Assembly (NCBI GenBank): GCA_050287845.1
Contig: JBNKCR010000027.1
Location: 1-60,166, forward strand
From: Polyangia bacterium
GTDB taxonomy: Bacteria; Myxococcota_A; Polyangia; JAAYKL01
Direction: 5' to 3'
DNA length: 60,166 bases
The notes beneath the pieces were generated by a model, which ran no database searches, was not told where the DNA came from, and saw only the letters and a list, made by a program, of their open reading frames with translations. The stretch's first letter is position 1, and each line of letters opens with the position of its first letter. Made by a program: the position numbers and the translations under genes. Positions 19,002 to 30,800 of the stretch are shown one piece after another.

Positions 19002-19248
19002 GAATCATATGGAAATCGAGAGGTAGGTTGCCTCCCGTGCCGCGTGGCATCCTTGCAGATAATTACTGGATTTTCATGAAAAGTGTGGCACAGGTTGTGT
19101 CATTGAAAACCGGTCTGATTGTCCCTTGGGCAATAGCCTGTGCGGCCAGTCTGCTGGCACACACTGTGCCGAACGGGACAGGATATGTCCGGGTTTTGCA
19201 CAGCGGACGCCCATGGGCCGCCGGACTTGGGACCGCCCTTCTTCAAGC

Positions 19249-19965
19249 CTACCGGAAGCTGACCGTGAGTCCCATCTGGAAGAGCACGCCGGAGAGATCA
19301 ATGTTTCCGAAGTTGGTGGTTTTCACATTGGAGAGGGAGAGATCGTCGCCGCCTTCGAGGGTGGGATTGAAGTTGGTCTGCATCCGCTTCACAAACCCCA
19401 TCCCGATTTCGCCGCCGAAATTGAGTCGCCGGAGACTGGTCTTTTCCAGTTGCCGGGGCGACACCCGCAATTCCAGACCCAGTCCGCCGCCCACATGCCA
19501 TTTGACCGCGTCGTCCACGTAGCGGTTGTGCATTCCCGTCTGACCGTTCTGGTCGATTTCGCCTTCCATATTGATGAGGGAGATGCCGGTGAATACCTGG
19601 GCATATCCCCCGAGCCAGGAGAGAAACCAGATACGCCCGCGCAGTCCGGCGCTGATGTCGTGGAGGATCAGCCCGGTATGCATGATCCCGGAGTTGATGA
19701 TGGGATCCCCGTTCGCTGTTCCATACCGGTATGACAGATAGGGCAGCAGGTGGACGGTATCTCTGATGTCGGCCACTTCGAATCGGATGTCCGGACCGAA
19801 CTGGGGAAGAACGGTGGTGTCGCTGGAGAAAAATGCAAAGCTGTCATCCGGCACGGTGGTGGTGGTGAGGTATCCACCCACTTCCAGGTGACGCTCCGCA
19901 TATGCCTCGTGACACAGTGTGATGACGCTGACCAATGTGATGAAGAATCTGCATGCGGTGTTCAT
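19249..19965 (-). CDS. putative outer-membrane beta-barrel protein
   Basis: signal peptide (AYA), alternating amphipathic strands, terminal VSFR. Confidence 0.65.
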   Translation of the reverse strand: MNTACRFFITLVSVITLCHEAYAERHLEVGGYLTTTTVPDDSFAFFSSDTTVLPQFGPDIRFEVADIRDTVHLLPYLSYRYGTANGDPIINSGIMHTGLILHDISAGLRGRIWFLSWLGGYAQVFTGISLINMEGEIDQNGQTGMHNRYVDDAVKWHVGGGLGLELRVSPRQLEKTSLRRLNFGGEIGMGFVKRMQTNFNPTLEGGDDLSLSNVKTTNFGNIDLSGVLFQMGLTVSFR

Positions 19966-19966
19966 T

Positions 19967-21550
19967 CTATTCCTCCCCTCTGTTCAGAATTCCGGTAATC
20001 AGAAAACCATCCGTTACGCGACATCGGGCCCGCTCCGGCGCGGAAAGAGGGAACACGGTGACCCGACCGGTTGGGGTGTCGTGAATGGCCATGCCCACTC
20101 CCTGTGCGGCAAAGATATGAAATGCATCGATGGGTTCGTCCAGCTCCAGGGCGCCGGGAGAACCGGTGAGGATGCCCAGATAGTGAACGGTGCGGCTGCT
20201 GGTTAAAAAGAGCGTGTTCTGCCACAGCAGATTCTTCGCCGGGTTAAAGTTGATCTGACCTTTCAGATGGGTCAGGGTCCTTGTGCGCAGGTCAACGATG
20301 ATGAGTCCCGAGGTCTGGGGCTGAATGAGCAGCCGATCATCGTCGAGGACCCGAACGCTGCGGATGCCCTCGGGAATGTTCATGTACGCGAGGTTGTCTC
20401 CCATTTCGGCCCGGAGGCCATCCGCTGCAAGAAAATAGATGCGGTTGCCGTTGCCGTAGAGGACCAGTTCGGCGCCCCTGTCGCCGGTACGGTTGAGAAT
20501 GGACGTGAGACGGCTGGTCACTTCGAGGGTGGTGACCCGGGCGGTGGACGCCTCGAAAATGTGAATCTGATTTCGGGAAGCGGCGGTGGAAACCACCAGA
20601 ATCTCGCCATCGTCCTGCACTACGGTGAAGTCCGCAGGCTGGGAGCCACCATCCAGCAGACTGGTGGTGGCGTAGTATCCGATATCATCCATGCGCTCGT
20701 GCAGTTCAATATCATACAACTCTGACGCGTTGCTGGCCTGAACGAATATCCTGGGATCATGAGTGGCGTCTCCGTGAACGATTTCAAAACGGGTGGGCAC
20801 AATCTGCCGGCTGTCGGTTTCGTTTTTCAGAGATACGGTGATGCTGGGCAGGGTTTTTTCGTTGAAGTCGGTGAACTGGATGGCGCCTTCGGTGACAAAG
20901 GCCACAAAATTTCTGGCCGTGGCGCCCACCTGGATGGTGCCGGGAAAATGGATGTCCGAAATGGTATGCCCCGCAATGTCAATGGACATGAACCTGGGGT
21001 TGGGAACCGATACGGGTGCGGTGTCATTCAGGGAAACCGGCGCGGCGTCCAGATTGACTACGGCGATTTCGTTGGGATTGCCGAGGCCGCCTTCGTAACT
21101 GTCATTTTCACCGTGATACAGGATGAGCATTCTGCCGTCTGGCGAGAACCGGTGTTTCGAGAACTGGCTGCCCACGGTGTAGCGGGTGGTCTGGCCGGTT
21201 GCCCCGTTGATGACATGGAGGGTGGGATGCACATCGGTACGTCTGGAGTCGGTGGCCCGGGTCAGCACACAGAGGGTATCGGAATCCACCCCGGTATGGC
21301 CGGGAAACATTCGGGAAATGGTTTCGCCTGCTGCGGGGGAAAACAGTGGTTTTCGAACAACGGTATTGGCGGTCACCCGAAGCAGGCTGAGGCGTCCGGT
21401 CATCTCATCTTCCAGGACCATACCGGATCTGAGTTGCACGGTGTACTCAATCTGTCCCCCCGTATCGAACTCGTCGGACGGCACGCAGCCGAAAGAGAGC
21501 AGAACCGGGAGCAGCACCATACTGATCGATTTGGGTGTAAGTCGAATCAT
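19967..21550 (-). CDS. beta-propeller-like lipoprotein
   Basis: lipobox SFGC; FSPDGR blade motif; GRVTVF; co-oriented with neighbours. Confidence 0.7.
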   Translation of the reverse strand: MIRLTPKSISMVLLPVLLSFGCVPSDEFDTGGQIEYTVQLRSGMVLEDEMTGRLSLLRVTANTVVRKPLFSPAAGETISRMFPGHTGVDSDTLCVLTRATDSRRTDVHPTLHVINGATGQTTRYTVGSQFSKHRFSPDGRMLILYHGENDSYEGGLGNPNEIAVVNLDAAPVSLNDTAPVSVPNPRFMSIDIAGHTISDIHFPGTIQVGATARNFVAFVTEGAIQFTDFNEKTLPSITVSLKNETDSRQIVPTRFEIVHGDATHDPRIFVQASNASELYDIELHERMDDIGYYATTSLLDGGSQPADFTVVQDDGEILVVSTAASRNQIHIFEASTARVTTLEVTSRLTSILNRTGDRGAELVLYGNGNRIYFLAADGLRAEMGDNLAYMNIPEGIRSVRVLDDDRLLIQPQTSGLIIVDLRTRTLTHLKGQINFNPAKNLLWQNTLFLTSSRTVHYLGILTGSPGALELDEPIDAFHIFAAQGVGMAIHDTPTGRVTVFPLSAPERARCRVTDGFLITGILNRGEE

Positions 21551-21563
21551 GCGTGTCTCCTTT

Positions 21564-23210
21564 TCAATTGGTACGCTGATCGTTGAGCGTGTAGCCGGTG
21601 ATGGTTTTCACATTGGTGCCGTCCACGTCCATGAATGTCATGCGTCCCGAGGGATGCTGCTGGGAAATGAAAATTCTGTCGGTATTGGCGGCATATCCCA
21701 CCGCCTCCGGCAGAGAACCCAGCCCCAGGGAATCCACGATGAAGGTGTTCATGTTGATGATCTGCATCTCCATGGTGGAAAGCAGCATGTAGGCAAAGGC
21801 GCCATCGTCGGTGATGAGCATCTGCGTGGGGTCCACCGGCAACTGCTGGAATTTGGATTGCAGGCCGGGCAGTTTCACCAGCGAATAGGCGTAGGGAAGG
21901 TTCAATCCACTGCCGGCGCCACTCCACTGTTCGTGAATCACCAGCAATGCCCCGGAATCCGGCGCAGGAATAATGCCTCTGATATTGCGGTTCAGAAGGG
22001 TGCCGTTCACGGTGACGCCGCCGGCGGTTCGCTGGAGCACGGTGAGGACCTGTTGATTGGAATCGTCGTCGTCGATACTGGTGTACAGCGCCACATACTG
22101 GCCGTCACCGGTGATGGTGGCCGCACCGCAATACTGGTCGCCCAGGTCAATGGTGGTCATGGCAGAGGTGGTGGCATCCGCGGGAAGGGGCAGGTTGAAG
22201 ATAGCCGCTTCATGGGCGGAGCGGATGGTAAAGAGGCCAAAGGTGCCATCCGCTGCAATATCCACATCGGTGGGAATGCCGTTGAGGGGATAGGTTCGGC
22301 GCTCGCCGCTGCCATCCAGCAGGGCCGCCACCGCTTCGGCTTTGTCTTCCCGGCGTCCGATGGCCACGGTCCCCGCGGGGTCGATGACGGTCTCGGTCTG
22401 GTCCGGGGCCACTTCAGTGAAATCGAACAGGGAGATATTGGTCGGAAAATACGATGGATTCAGCTGGGCGAGTTCGATAATGTCCACACCGGATTCGGTG
22501 ATGGCGAATGCCCTGGAATCATCGGCGCTGAACTGTACCCGCAGGGGGTGAATGCCCACGCTCAGTTCATATGTCTTTTCGGCGCCCGGCGTGGTGTCAA
22601 TGATCGAAATCTCCTGGTCGGTGCCCGGAATTCCGGAATCGGCTTCAAACAGCGCGTCAAAGAAGGCGATCACATACCTGCCGGTGGGGGAGACCGCAAG
22701 GGCATTGGTGTCCGGACGCACATCGAATTCCCGGACCGTTGCCGTGCCCCCCGGCGCCATGGCAATCAGAGTGACTTCGTCCGCATTCAGGGAAATCACG
22801 GCCACCTCACCGTTGTCGTTGAGTGGTACCACATGGGTCGGTGTGGATCCCACGGCGGTGGTGAAAATCTCCAGGGTGACACTGTCCACGGCCACGACTT
22901 TGTCGTTGAGTTTATCGGCAATGAAGACATAGCGGCCGGAGCTCACTGGAATGCGGTAGTCAAACTGGGTTTCCACTTCCGGGGTAACCGATTCGCCCGC
23001 ATCAGTGTCCGCCTCGGCATCGTCGTTCCCGTTTTCGCTTTGGGAACCGTCCCAGTCTCCGTCCCCATCGTTGTCGGCGTCGCCATCGGAGGCGTATTCG
23101 TCTGCCCCCAGTGCGCGATCCGATTCGCTGCCGCTATCGGCGCTGCATGCGGGCGCCAATCCGGCCATCCCCCATAAGAAAATAAGTTGTATCCATCTGC
23201 TTTTAATCAT
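21564..23210 (-). CDS. YncE/YVTN-like beta-propeller lipoprotein
   Basis: GGAGG RBS; lipobox APAC; acidic linker; VG..P blades, LAVSPTGRY, ISQQHPSGRMTF. Confidence 0.78.
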   Translation of the reverse strand: MIKSRWIQLIFLWGMAGLAPACSADSGSESDRALGADEYASDGDADNDGDGDWDGSQSENGNDDAEADTDAGESVTPEVETQFDYRIPVSSGRYVFIADKLNDKVVAVDSVTLEIFTTAVGSTPTHVVPLNDNGEVAVISLNADEVTLIAMAPGGTATVREFDVRPDTNALAVSPTGRYVIAFFDALFEADSGIPGTDQEISIIDTTPGAEKTYELSVGIHPLRVQFSADDSRAFAITESGVDIIELAQLNPSYFPTNISLFDFTEVAPDQTETVIDPAGTVAIGRREDKAEAVAALLDGSGERRTYPLNGIPTDVDIAADGTFGLFTIRSAHEAAIFNLPLPADATTSAMTTIDLGDQYCGAATITGDGQYVALYTSIDDDDSNQQVLTVLQRTAGGVTVNGTLLNRNIRGIIPAPDSGALLVIHEQWSGAGSGLNLPYAYSLVKLPGLQSKFQQLPVDPTQMLITDDGAFAYMLLSTMEMQIINMNTFIVDSLGLGSLPEAVGYAANTDRIFISQQHPSGRMTFMDVDGTNVKTITGYTLNDQRTN

Positions 23211-23635
23211 CAAATACCTCCTGCGGCTCAAATGTCCCCCCGGAAAGCCAATTTCAGTCCGCCGGGCACAGCCCGGAGACAACTCACTGCCGCCATTTAC
23301 TGTTTTGTATCGATTCGTGTGGGCATCGCCTACAGTTTACACTGCAGCCTGGCAATTTGGGTAATTTTCATCGGAAACGGTTGCAGATTATCGCCGGATT
23401 GCCCTTTTTCAAAACAAATTATGTGCGTTTCGCCGGTTTTCTTTCCTGGCGAATCAGTGTAAAAGAGTCGAATTGCCAGACTGAATTCCATATTCTGAAC
23501 ATCGCGGTTCAAGTATCGGAAAGTGGGTAATTCGGCAGGACGGTGCGCTTTTTTCGCGCTGCGGGATATCCTGAACCGGTCTGGCCAACTGAAATGCTGC
23601 CGCACAGGATACGCGGTGATTTTAAGGATTTGAAA

Positions 23636-24187
23636 ATGACTGACATTAACACCAGATGTTTGGAAATTTTTCCCCATTGGCTGGCCAGCCTCGCAGACGA
23701 TGTATGTACGATTCAGGATGCCCTCGCCGGGAATCTGAGCCGGGAAGTCAAGCAGACTCTGGCGGGCGGGATCAATTATCTGTTTAAATCCCTGGATTTG
23801 GTACCGGATGGCATTGACGACATCGGGTACGTCGACGATGCATTTGTGTTGCGCATGGCTTCCAGGCGCGCCTGCAATCAGGGCATCGAATCCCTCAGCG
23901 ATGATCTGCGCACCAAACTGGGGCGCATGAGCCTGGATGTGGATGTGATTGCGGAATTGCTGGGCGAAGACCTGTTTAAGCGATTCCAGAAATACACCGA
24001 CGCCCTCGCCAATGGGTCGGCCCGGGGCCGGACAGTGGACGAAATACTCGATATCCCCGAAATCGCAGCCGAATTTTCCGCTGAAATGGTGGACTTTCTC
24101 GATACGTATGAAAATCCCGGTTTCAACGATGACGAAAAGAATATCATCAAACTGAAAGCCTTCATGGAGGCCCGACTCCCCAGGTAA
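23636..24187 (+). CDS. YkvA/DUF1232-family protein
   Basis: YLFKSLDLVPDGIDDIGYVDDAFV signature. Confidence 0.82.
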   Translation: MTDINTRCLEIFPHWLASLADDVCTIQDALAGNLSREVKQTLAGGINYLFKSLDLVPDGIDDIGYVDDAFVLRMASRRACNQGIESLSDDLRTKLGRMSLDVDVIAELLGEDLFKRFQKYTDALANGSARGRTVDEILDIPEIAAEFSAEMVDFLDTYENPGFNDDEKNIIKLKAFMEARLPR

Positions 24188-24291
24188 TCCGTTGGTGTGG
24201 CACCCATGGTGCCCTGATCCGCGCGGGAGCCGATGGGCGAAACCCCCTTTGAAAAAGTAGATAAGACAGTGGACGAAAGGAGCTGTTTGGA

Positions 24292-26319
24292 ATGAGCGCG
24301 ATAGCTATGGCCTGTTGTATCGGAATTGCATTCGGTGTGTTTGCGTACTCGGCAAATAGAAGAATGAAACTGCTGATGACTGGTGCCCCGGAAAATCGTT
24401 TCGACGAAATCGGGACCCGCATCGGCAATCTGTTTAAAATTGCCATTTTTCAGAAGAAAATGCCCAAATACCCGGTGATGGGTCCCATTCATATGATGAT
24501 TTTCTGGGGATTCCTGGTGCTGCTGGTGAATACCATGGTGCTGTGGGGCCGGGCGTTTGACCCTCAGTTCAATCTGTTCATTCTGGGGCGCGACGGCATT
24601 CTGGGCCAGATTTACTGGGCGGTGAAAGATGTGGTGTCCGTGGTGGTTCTCATCGCTGCGGGGCTGGCGTTGCTCAATCGGGTGGTGCTTAAACCCGGCC
24701 GCATGACCAAAAGTGCCGAAGCCGGACTGATTCTGCTCATCATCATTGTGATGATGGGCGCAGACCTGGTCTACTGGGGAGGGCAGCTCTTTCTGGAAGG
24801 CGTTACCGGCTTCCATGCGGCCGAACCATTTGCCTCCATGGTGGCAGGGGTGTTTGCGGCCCTGAACATGGATTCGGGAACCGTGGCGCTGCTGGGGCAG
24901 ATTGGGTTCTGGACCCACTCGGTGCTGGTGCTGGTATTTCTGAATATCCTGCCCTACGGCAAGCACTTTCACGTGATTACCTCGCTGCCCAACGTGTTTC
25001 TGTCCAATCTCAAACCGGTCGGTCAGCTTCCCCGGGATGCGAATATCGAAAAGGCGCTGGCCGAAGAAGATGAGGAAGGCGATGAAGAGCCGGTGTTCGG
25101 TGTGGCGCAGATTCAGCACTTCACCTGGAAGGACATGCTCGACATGTACAGCTGCACCGAGTGCGGTCGCTGCACCGATAACTGTCCGGCGTCCCGCACC
25201 AATAAATCCCTGTCGCCCAAGAAGCTGACGGTGGATTTGCGCAATCATCTGTATGCCCGCGAGATGGAACTGGTGGTCGGCAAGCCCGAAGACAAACCCC
25301 TGGTTCCGGATGTGATTCCCGAAGATGTGATCTGGGACTGCAATACCTGCCGTGCCTGCGAAGAAGAGTGCCCGGTAATGATTTCGTATGTGGACAAAAT
25401 TGTTCGTATGCGACGTCATCTGGTGGAAGAGCGCGGGGATGTCCCCTCCGAGTTGGCCACCGCATTGCGCGGTATGGAGACCAACGCCAACCCGTGGAAT
25501 ATTTCTGCCATGGATCGCGACAAGTGGACCGAGGGCCTGGAATTGAAGGAGTTTGATTCAGATGAATGCGAATATCTGTTCTTCGTGGGCTGCGCATCGA
25601 GTTTTGACGATCGGGCCCAGAAGATTTCCCGCGCATTGGTGAAACTGATGAACGAGGCGGGCGTGAGCTTCGGATATCTGGGGGCCGAGGAACCGTGCTG
25701 TGGCGAGATGGCCCGTCGCGGCGGTTCGGAATCCAATTTCCGGATGATGGCGGACATGACCGTTGAGGCATTCAATGAGCTGGGCGTGAAGAAAATCATC
25801 ACCGGTTGCCCCCACTGCTTCAATACCTTCAGCAATGAATATCCGGAGTTCGGTGGCAAATATGAAGTGATTCACCACACTCAGCTGCTGGCAGACCTGA
25901 TTGCCGGGGGCAAGCTGTCGCCCAGAGAGTCCATTGACCAGACCGTCAGCTATCACGATGGCTGTTATCTGGGCAGATACAACGATGTGTACTCTGCGCC
26001 CAGACAGATTCTGGGTGCCATTCCCGGTCTGAAAGTGGACGAGGTCGCCGAGTCGAAACAGCGCAGCATGTGCTGTGGCGCCGGTGGGGCCAGATATTTC
26101 ATGGAAGAGGATGCTGACAAGCGGGTGAACAACAAGCGGGTCGGTCAACTGCTGGCCCATTCCCCCGATTCCCTGTGCACCGCGTGTCCCTACTGCATGA
26201 CCATGATTTCCGATGGTCTCAAAGACAAGGACCTGTACGACTCCAAAGGCCAGCTCGACGTGGCGGAAATGCTCGCCATCTCCTGCGGCCTCGAAGACCG
26301 CAAACTCCTGCGGAAGTAA
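24292..26319 (+). CDS. membrane-bound heterodisulfide-reductase-related Fe-S oxidoreductase (FadF/HdrD/GlpC-like)
   Basis: N-terminal TM domain with His ligands; CTECGRC..CP, CNTCRAC..CP; two CCG domains. Confidence 0.92.
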   Translation: MSAIAMACCIGIAFGVFAYSANRRMKLLMTGAPENRFDEIGTRIGNLFKIAIFQKKMPKYPVMGPIHMMIFWGFLVLLVNTMVLWGRAFDPQFNLFILGRDGILGQIYWAVKDVVSVVVLIAAGLALLNRVVLKPGRMTKSAEAGLILLIIIVMMGADLVYWGGQLFLEGVTGFHAAEPFASMVAGVFAALNMDSGTVALLGQIGFWTHSVLVLVFLNILPYGKHFHVITSLPNVFLSNLKPVGQLPRDANIEKALAEEDEEGDEEPVFGVAQIQHFTWKDMLDMYSCTECGRCTDNCPASRTNKSLSPKKLTVDLRNHLYAREMELVVGKPEDKPLVPDVIPEDVIWDCNTCRACEEECPVMISYVDKIVRMRRHLVEERGDVPSELATALRGMETNANPWNISAMDRDKWTEGLELKEFDSDECEYLFFVGCASSFDDRAQKISRALVKLMNEAGVSFGYLGAEEPCCGEMARRGGSESNFRMMADMTVEAFNELGVKKIITGCPHCFNTFSNEYPEFGGKYEVIHHTQLLADLIAGGKLSPRESIDQTVSYHDGCYLGRYNDVYSAPRQILGAIPGLKVDEVAESKQRSMCCGAGGARYFMEEDADKRVNNKRVGQLLAHSPDSLCTACPYCMTMISDGLKDKDLYDSKGQLDVAEMLAISCGLEDRKLLRK

Positions 26320-26422
26320 TCTTCGTTCAAGTACTGTCGTCCGCCCCTTAATTGAACTGTCTCTTCATCATATCTGGATCGCGAGTCGACAAATAACGGA
26401 TTTTAGACGTATTATCAGTGCA

Positions 26423-26503
26423 AAATGTAGCTGCGGGGTTTATCCCCGCTTAGCACTGTTGCACCAGGGTTTGGAAGTGGGGATAAACCCCGCAACTACA
26501 TTT
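26423..26503. repeat. GTAG-type REP doublet (REPIN-like inverted repeat)
   Basis: 29-bp arms AAATGTAGCTGCGGGGTTTATCCCCGCTT and AAGTGGGGATAAACCCCGCAACTACATTT with 2 mismatches; each arm is itself palindromic. Confidence 0.8.
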
Positions 26504-26572
26504 ATCTGTTTCATTTTGGGTTTGCAGCATTTGACGATCGTATTGCGAATGAGATCCCGCCAAGAGACAGCC

Positions 26573-26624
26573 TCGTCGAGGGGGAAAATTACACTGCCGA
26601 CAATGGTATTTTCAGATTTGTGAT
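26573..26624. repeat. dispersed ~52-bp repeat, copy A
   Basis: 45/52 identical by manual alignment to 44567-44617. Confidence 0.8.
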
Positions 26625-26644
26625 AGATCTTCAGAAGGGCAAAA

Positions 26645-27832
<1,188 letters not shown>

Positions 27833-27923
27833 GACAATAGCGTCCTTTCTCCATGACGTGTCTTTGCTGTGAGTGTACGGGAAGTCCGTAAAAAGGGCGG
27901 GTTTTCGTTTCGGCCGTCAGCAA

Positions 27924-29747
27924 CTATTTTTTTCGTTTGCCGGATTTCTTGCCTTTTCCTTTCCCTTTTCTGGGGGAGGTTTTTTTCGATGGGGAGGAGG
28001 AGGTCTTGCCGCTACCGCTTTCGCCGGTGGTACCGATTGCCGAATCCGTTCTGGCGGCGCTGTGGGGGGATGCCGCAATGGGGTCGGTGTCGGCGTCGGG
28101 CAATGCGGGTACGCCGTCGATGACGGGTTGCTTGCGGCCCTTCCACCATTCAACGCCCAGGAATCCGTACATGGTGAGGGCATAGCCCAGCAGCATCAAC
28201 CCCATGATGGAAATGAGGAAGTACCGATACCCGGGGTGCAGGTGTTCCGCCGCGTGGCAGAACAGCTCAATGCCAAACAGAATGAGCAGCCCCACCACAT
28301 TGCGCTTTTTGCTCAAATCCGCCGCGTGAATCACCACGGCGGTCAGTCGCATAGAATAGTAGTAATAGGACGAAGTGGTTAAAAAGAAATAGGGAATGAG
28401 CCCCAGCCCCACCGCCTCCCAGTCCCGGATGCGGCTCATGAAGAGCCCGAGAACAATCAGCATTACCACCGATATTTTTCGAAGGGTGCCTTCGTATTCC
28501 GCCACCATTTCCTTCTGTTCGGTGGAGATGAGCTGCTGGTCCACCTCGCCGCGCCAGGTGAGGGCAATGGCGAGTCCCTGTCGCATGGAGGAGAGATTGT
28601 GCGGCTCCACGTGGGCGGTCAGGTTGGCCAGACTCTGTTTGTGGGCATCCACGCCGTCCCGGGCGAATGATAAAGTGAGGAGCACCAGAATGATGCCGAA
28701 GAAGCCGGCCGCCATTCTGTAGTACACCATGGGAATGCGCAACCAGAACCGGCGCCAGGGAACGCTTCTGTTGGTGAGTAGCGCATGGACGCCTTTGGCC
28801 GCAATGCCGAACATCCAGATGGCGGGAAAATACCGCATCAGTGTGGCGTACCCGAAAAATGCGCCTCCCGCGATGGGGTGCTTTTTCTTTATCAGACCAA
28901 TGCCCATCACCATAAAGGTCAGCCAATCATATCGGAGCAGACACCAGGTGATGGTGGGCCAGCGGAAGGAATATCCCACGGTGATGAATATCCATGCAAA
29001 GGCAAACGCCTGGCCGCCGAACGCCCAGAAGACCACCCCGAGCATGGCAATGATGAGGTACAGATCAACCAGGGTGGCGTATTTGATGTGTTCCACCGGC
29101 ACCAAATTGGTGATGGGCCGGGCCATCATCACCCACGTGGGGGAACCGTTGAACCCGTGATCCTGGAGGAGCTGGCGCCAGAGGGAGCATTTGAGCCGTT
29201 TCGACTCGCGTTGAATGTACATGGCGTCGTGAACAAACTGCGCCCATCGTTCATCGGTAAAATGAGATTTCACCTCGTCCTTCTGCGTCAGGGCGTATCG
29301 GATGGGTTTTTTCCGGTAGTCTTCCTCGTCCTGGGCCAGATAGATGGGTGCCTTGCCAACGCAATACGGGCCAGCCTCATCGGTGGCAATGATCAGCGCC
29401 GGCAACAGGCGAAAGTAACCGAGTTCATCGAAATACTTGGCGTTGATGTAATAGTGAAGCAAGTCGTACTCATCGTATCCATTCTCGATGAGGTCCGTGC
29501 TGTACCGGTTGTAATTGATGGTGCCGAGGCAGGCGGTGACGGTGAGGGCGACGACAAAACTCTGGAATACGTTGAGAGAATATTTGCCCACTCTGATAAT
29601 GGGGGTTTTTTCAAGAAATTCTCTGGCGCCGGCGTTCTTTTCGGCGCGGACTTTCAATCGACTGATCACAAAGCCCAGAAACGTCAGTGCCAACGCGCCA
29701 ACGGCCAGACCTATTTTCACCTGTTCTGTCAAATTGCGACTTGCCAT
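27924..29747 (-). CDS. polytopic membrane protein, GT-C/GT87-like
   Basis: HYYINAKYFDELGY, DHGFNGSPTW, LLRYDWL; about 12 TM segments; basic tail. Confidence 0.65.
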   Translation of the reverse strand: MASRNLTEQVKIGLAVGALALTFLGFVISRLKVRAEKNAGAREFLEKTPIIRVGKYSLNVFQSFVVALTVTACLGTINYNRYSTDLIENGYDEYDLLHYYINAKYFDELGYFRLLPALIIATDEAGPYCVGKAPIYLAQDEEDYRKKPIRYALTQKDEVKSHFTDERWAQFVHDAMYIQRESKRLKCSLWRQLLQDHGFNGSPTWVMMARPITNLVPVEHIKYATLVDLYLIIAMLGVVFWAFGGQAFAFAWIFITVGYSFRWPTITWCLLRYDWLTFMVMGIGLIKKKHPIAGGAFFGYATLMRYFPAIWMFGIAAKGVHALLTNRSVPWRRFWLRIPMVYYRMAAGFFGIILVLLTLSFARDGVDAHKQSLANLTAHVEPHNLSSMRQGLAIALTWRGEVDQQLISTEQKEMVAEYEGTLRKISVVMLIVLGLFMSRIRDWEAVGLGLIPYFFLTTSSYYYYSMRLTAVVIHAADLSKKRNVVGLLILFGIELFCHAAEHLHPGYRYFLISIMGLMLLGYALTMYGFLGVEWWKGRKQPVIDGVPALPDADTDPIAASPHSAARTDSAIGTTGESGSGKTSSSPSKKTSPRKGKGKGKKSGKRKK

Positions 29748-29828
29748 CTTCTACTCCTCCGGGAAAACCGTGGCGGGTAGTCTATGGGGCAATGATATGA
29801 ATGTAAAGAAAGAAAACCCCGGGATTCC

Positions 29829-30293
29829 CTATCGTTCGTACACAATCTCCGGCAGCAGGCGGCTGTCTTTCAATTCAATGCGGGCATAGGAGGGGGCGTG
29901 GTGCCCCCGGGGATAGGCGCAGCTGCCCGGATTGAGAAACAGCACCCGGTCTCGCCATTCGATGGAGGGGGCGTGAAGGTGTCCGTGAATCACTGCGGCC
30001 ATACCGGCGGCCCGGGGGGCAATATCCAGATCATAGAGATTGTGGAGCACGTAGAACAGCATGCCGTCAATATCGGCTACCGCCGTGGCATCGCCCGTTT
30101 TTCGGCTGTCCATGTTCCCCCGCACCCAGGTAAGCGGTGCAATGTTGCGGAGGGTGTCGAGAATCTCCGCGTCGCAGACGTCTCCGGCATGGAAGATGTG
30201 TACTGGCGGCAGTTGCTCCAGTGCCTGGGTGACAAATGTGGGCAGTATGCCATGGGTATCGGAAAGGACGGCGATCCATCTGGTATCGGTCAT
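29829..30293 (-). CDS. YfcE-family metallophosphoesterase
   Basis: SDTHG, HAGD, RGNMD, GHLH, NPGS. Confidence 0.92.
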   Translation of the reverse strand: MTDTRWIAVLSDTHGILPTFVTQALEQLPPVHIFHAGDVCDAEILDTLRNIAPLTWVRGNMDSRKTGDATAVADIDGMLFYVLHNLYDLDIAPRAAGMAAVIHGHLHAPSIEWRDRVLFLNPGSCAYPRGHHAPSYARIELKDSRLLPEIVYER

Positions 30294-30296
30294 GGT

Positions 30297-30737
30297 TTAT
30301 CCTTCGATGGTTTTTAGCCTTTCCGCAAACGTGGCGGGCAATCTTCCGGGCAGGCGACGGTCGTAGTCAAATCCCACAAACCCCATTTCGGCCAGTGCGA
30401 TTTCCTTACCTGTCTGGCTGTTGACGAACCGGTGACTGAACCGGAAGGCAATGGCGCCGATTTCAATGGCGGCGGTTTCGATGCGCAGCGTATCGTTCAG
30501 AAATCCCTCTCCCACATAATTCACCGTCACATCTCCCACCACCAGTCCGGTTTTCTGGTCACCCAAATCAAATTCTGTTACGTTCCACTCAGCAAAGAGC
30601 TGCACCCGCACCTGATGCGCCAGGGAAAGCACCCGATCGTACGCCAGATGCGCGCCGTAGTTCAAATCGGAAACACGCACCGTCAGTTCATGATGGATGG
30701 GATAGGTTTCGCGTTTTTTTACTTTTACTTTCGGCAT
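30297..30737 (-). CDS. hotdog-fold acyl-CoA thioesterase
   Basis: VRVSDLNYGAHL, GFVGFDY. Confidence 0.85.
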   Translation of the reverse strand: MPKVKVKKRETYPIHHELTVRVSDLNYGAHLAYDRVLSLAHQVRVQLFAEWNVTEFDLGDQKTGLVVGDVTVNYVGEGFLNDTLRIETAAIEIGAIAFRFSHRFVNSQTGKEIALAEMGFVGFDYDRRLPGRLPATFAERLKTIEG

Positions 30738-30800
30738 AAGCCGACCATACGATGAAATTCCCCGATGGGGTAGGGCAAAAGCAAGGGATGAAGCAAAGCA

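Noticed and set aside
21186..23177. 663-aa plus-strand ORF (likewise 23878-25419 minus and 9845-10750 plus)
   Set aside because: Antisense shadows of well-supported genes in GC-rich DNA; no motifs
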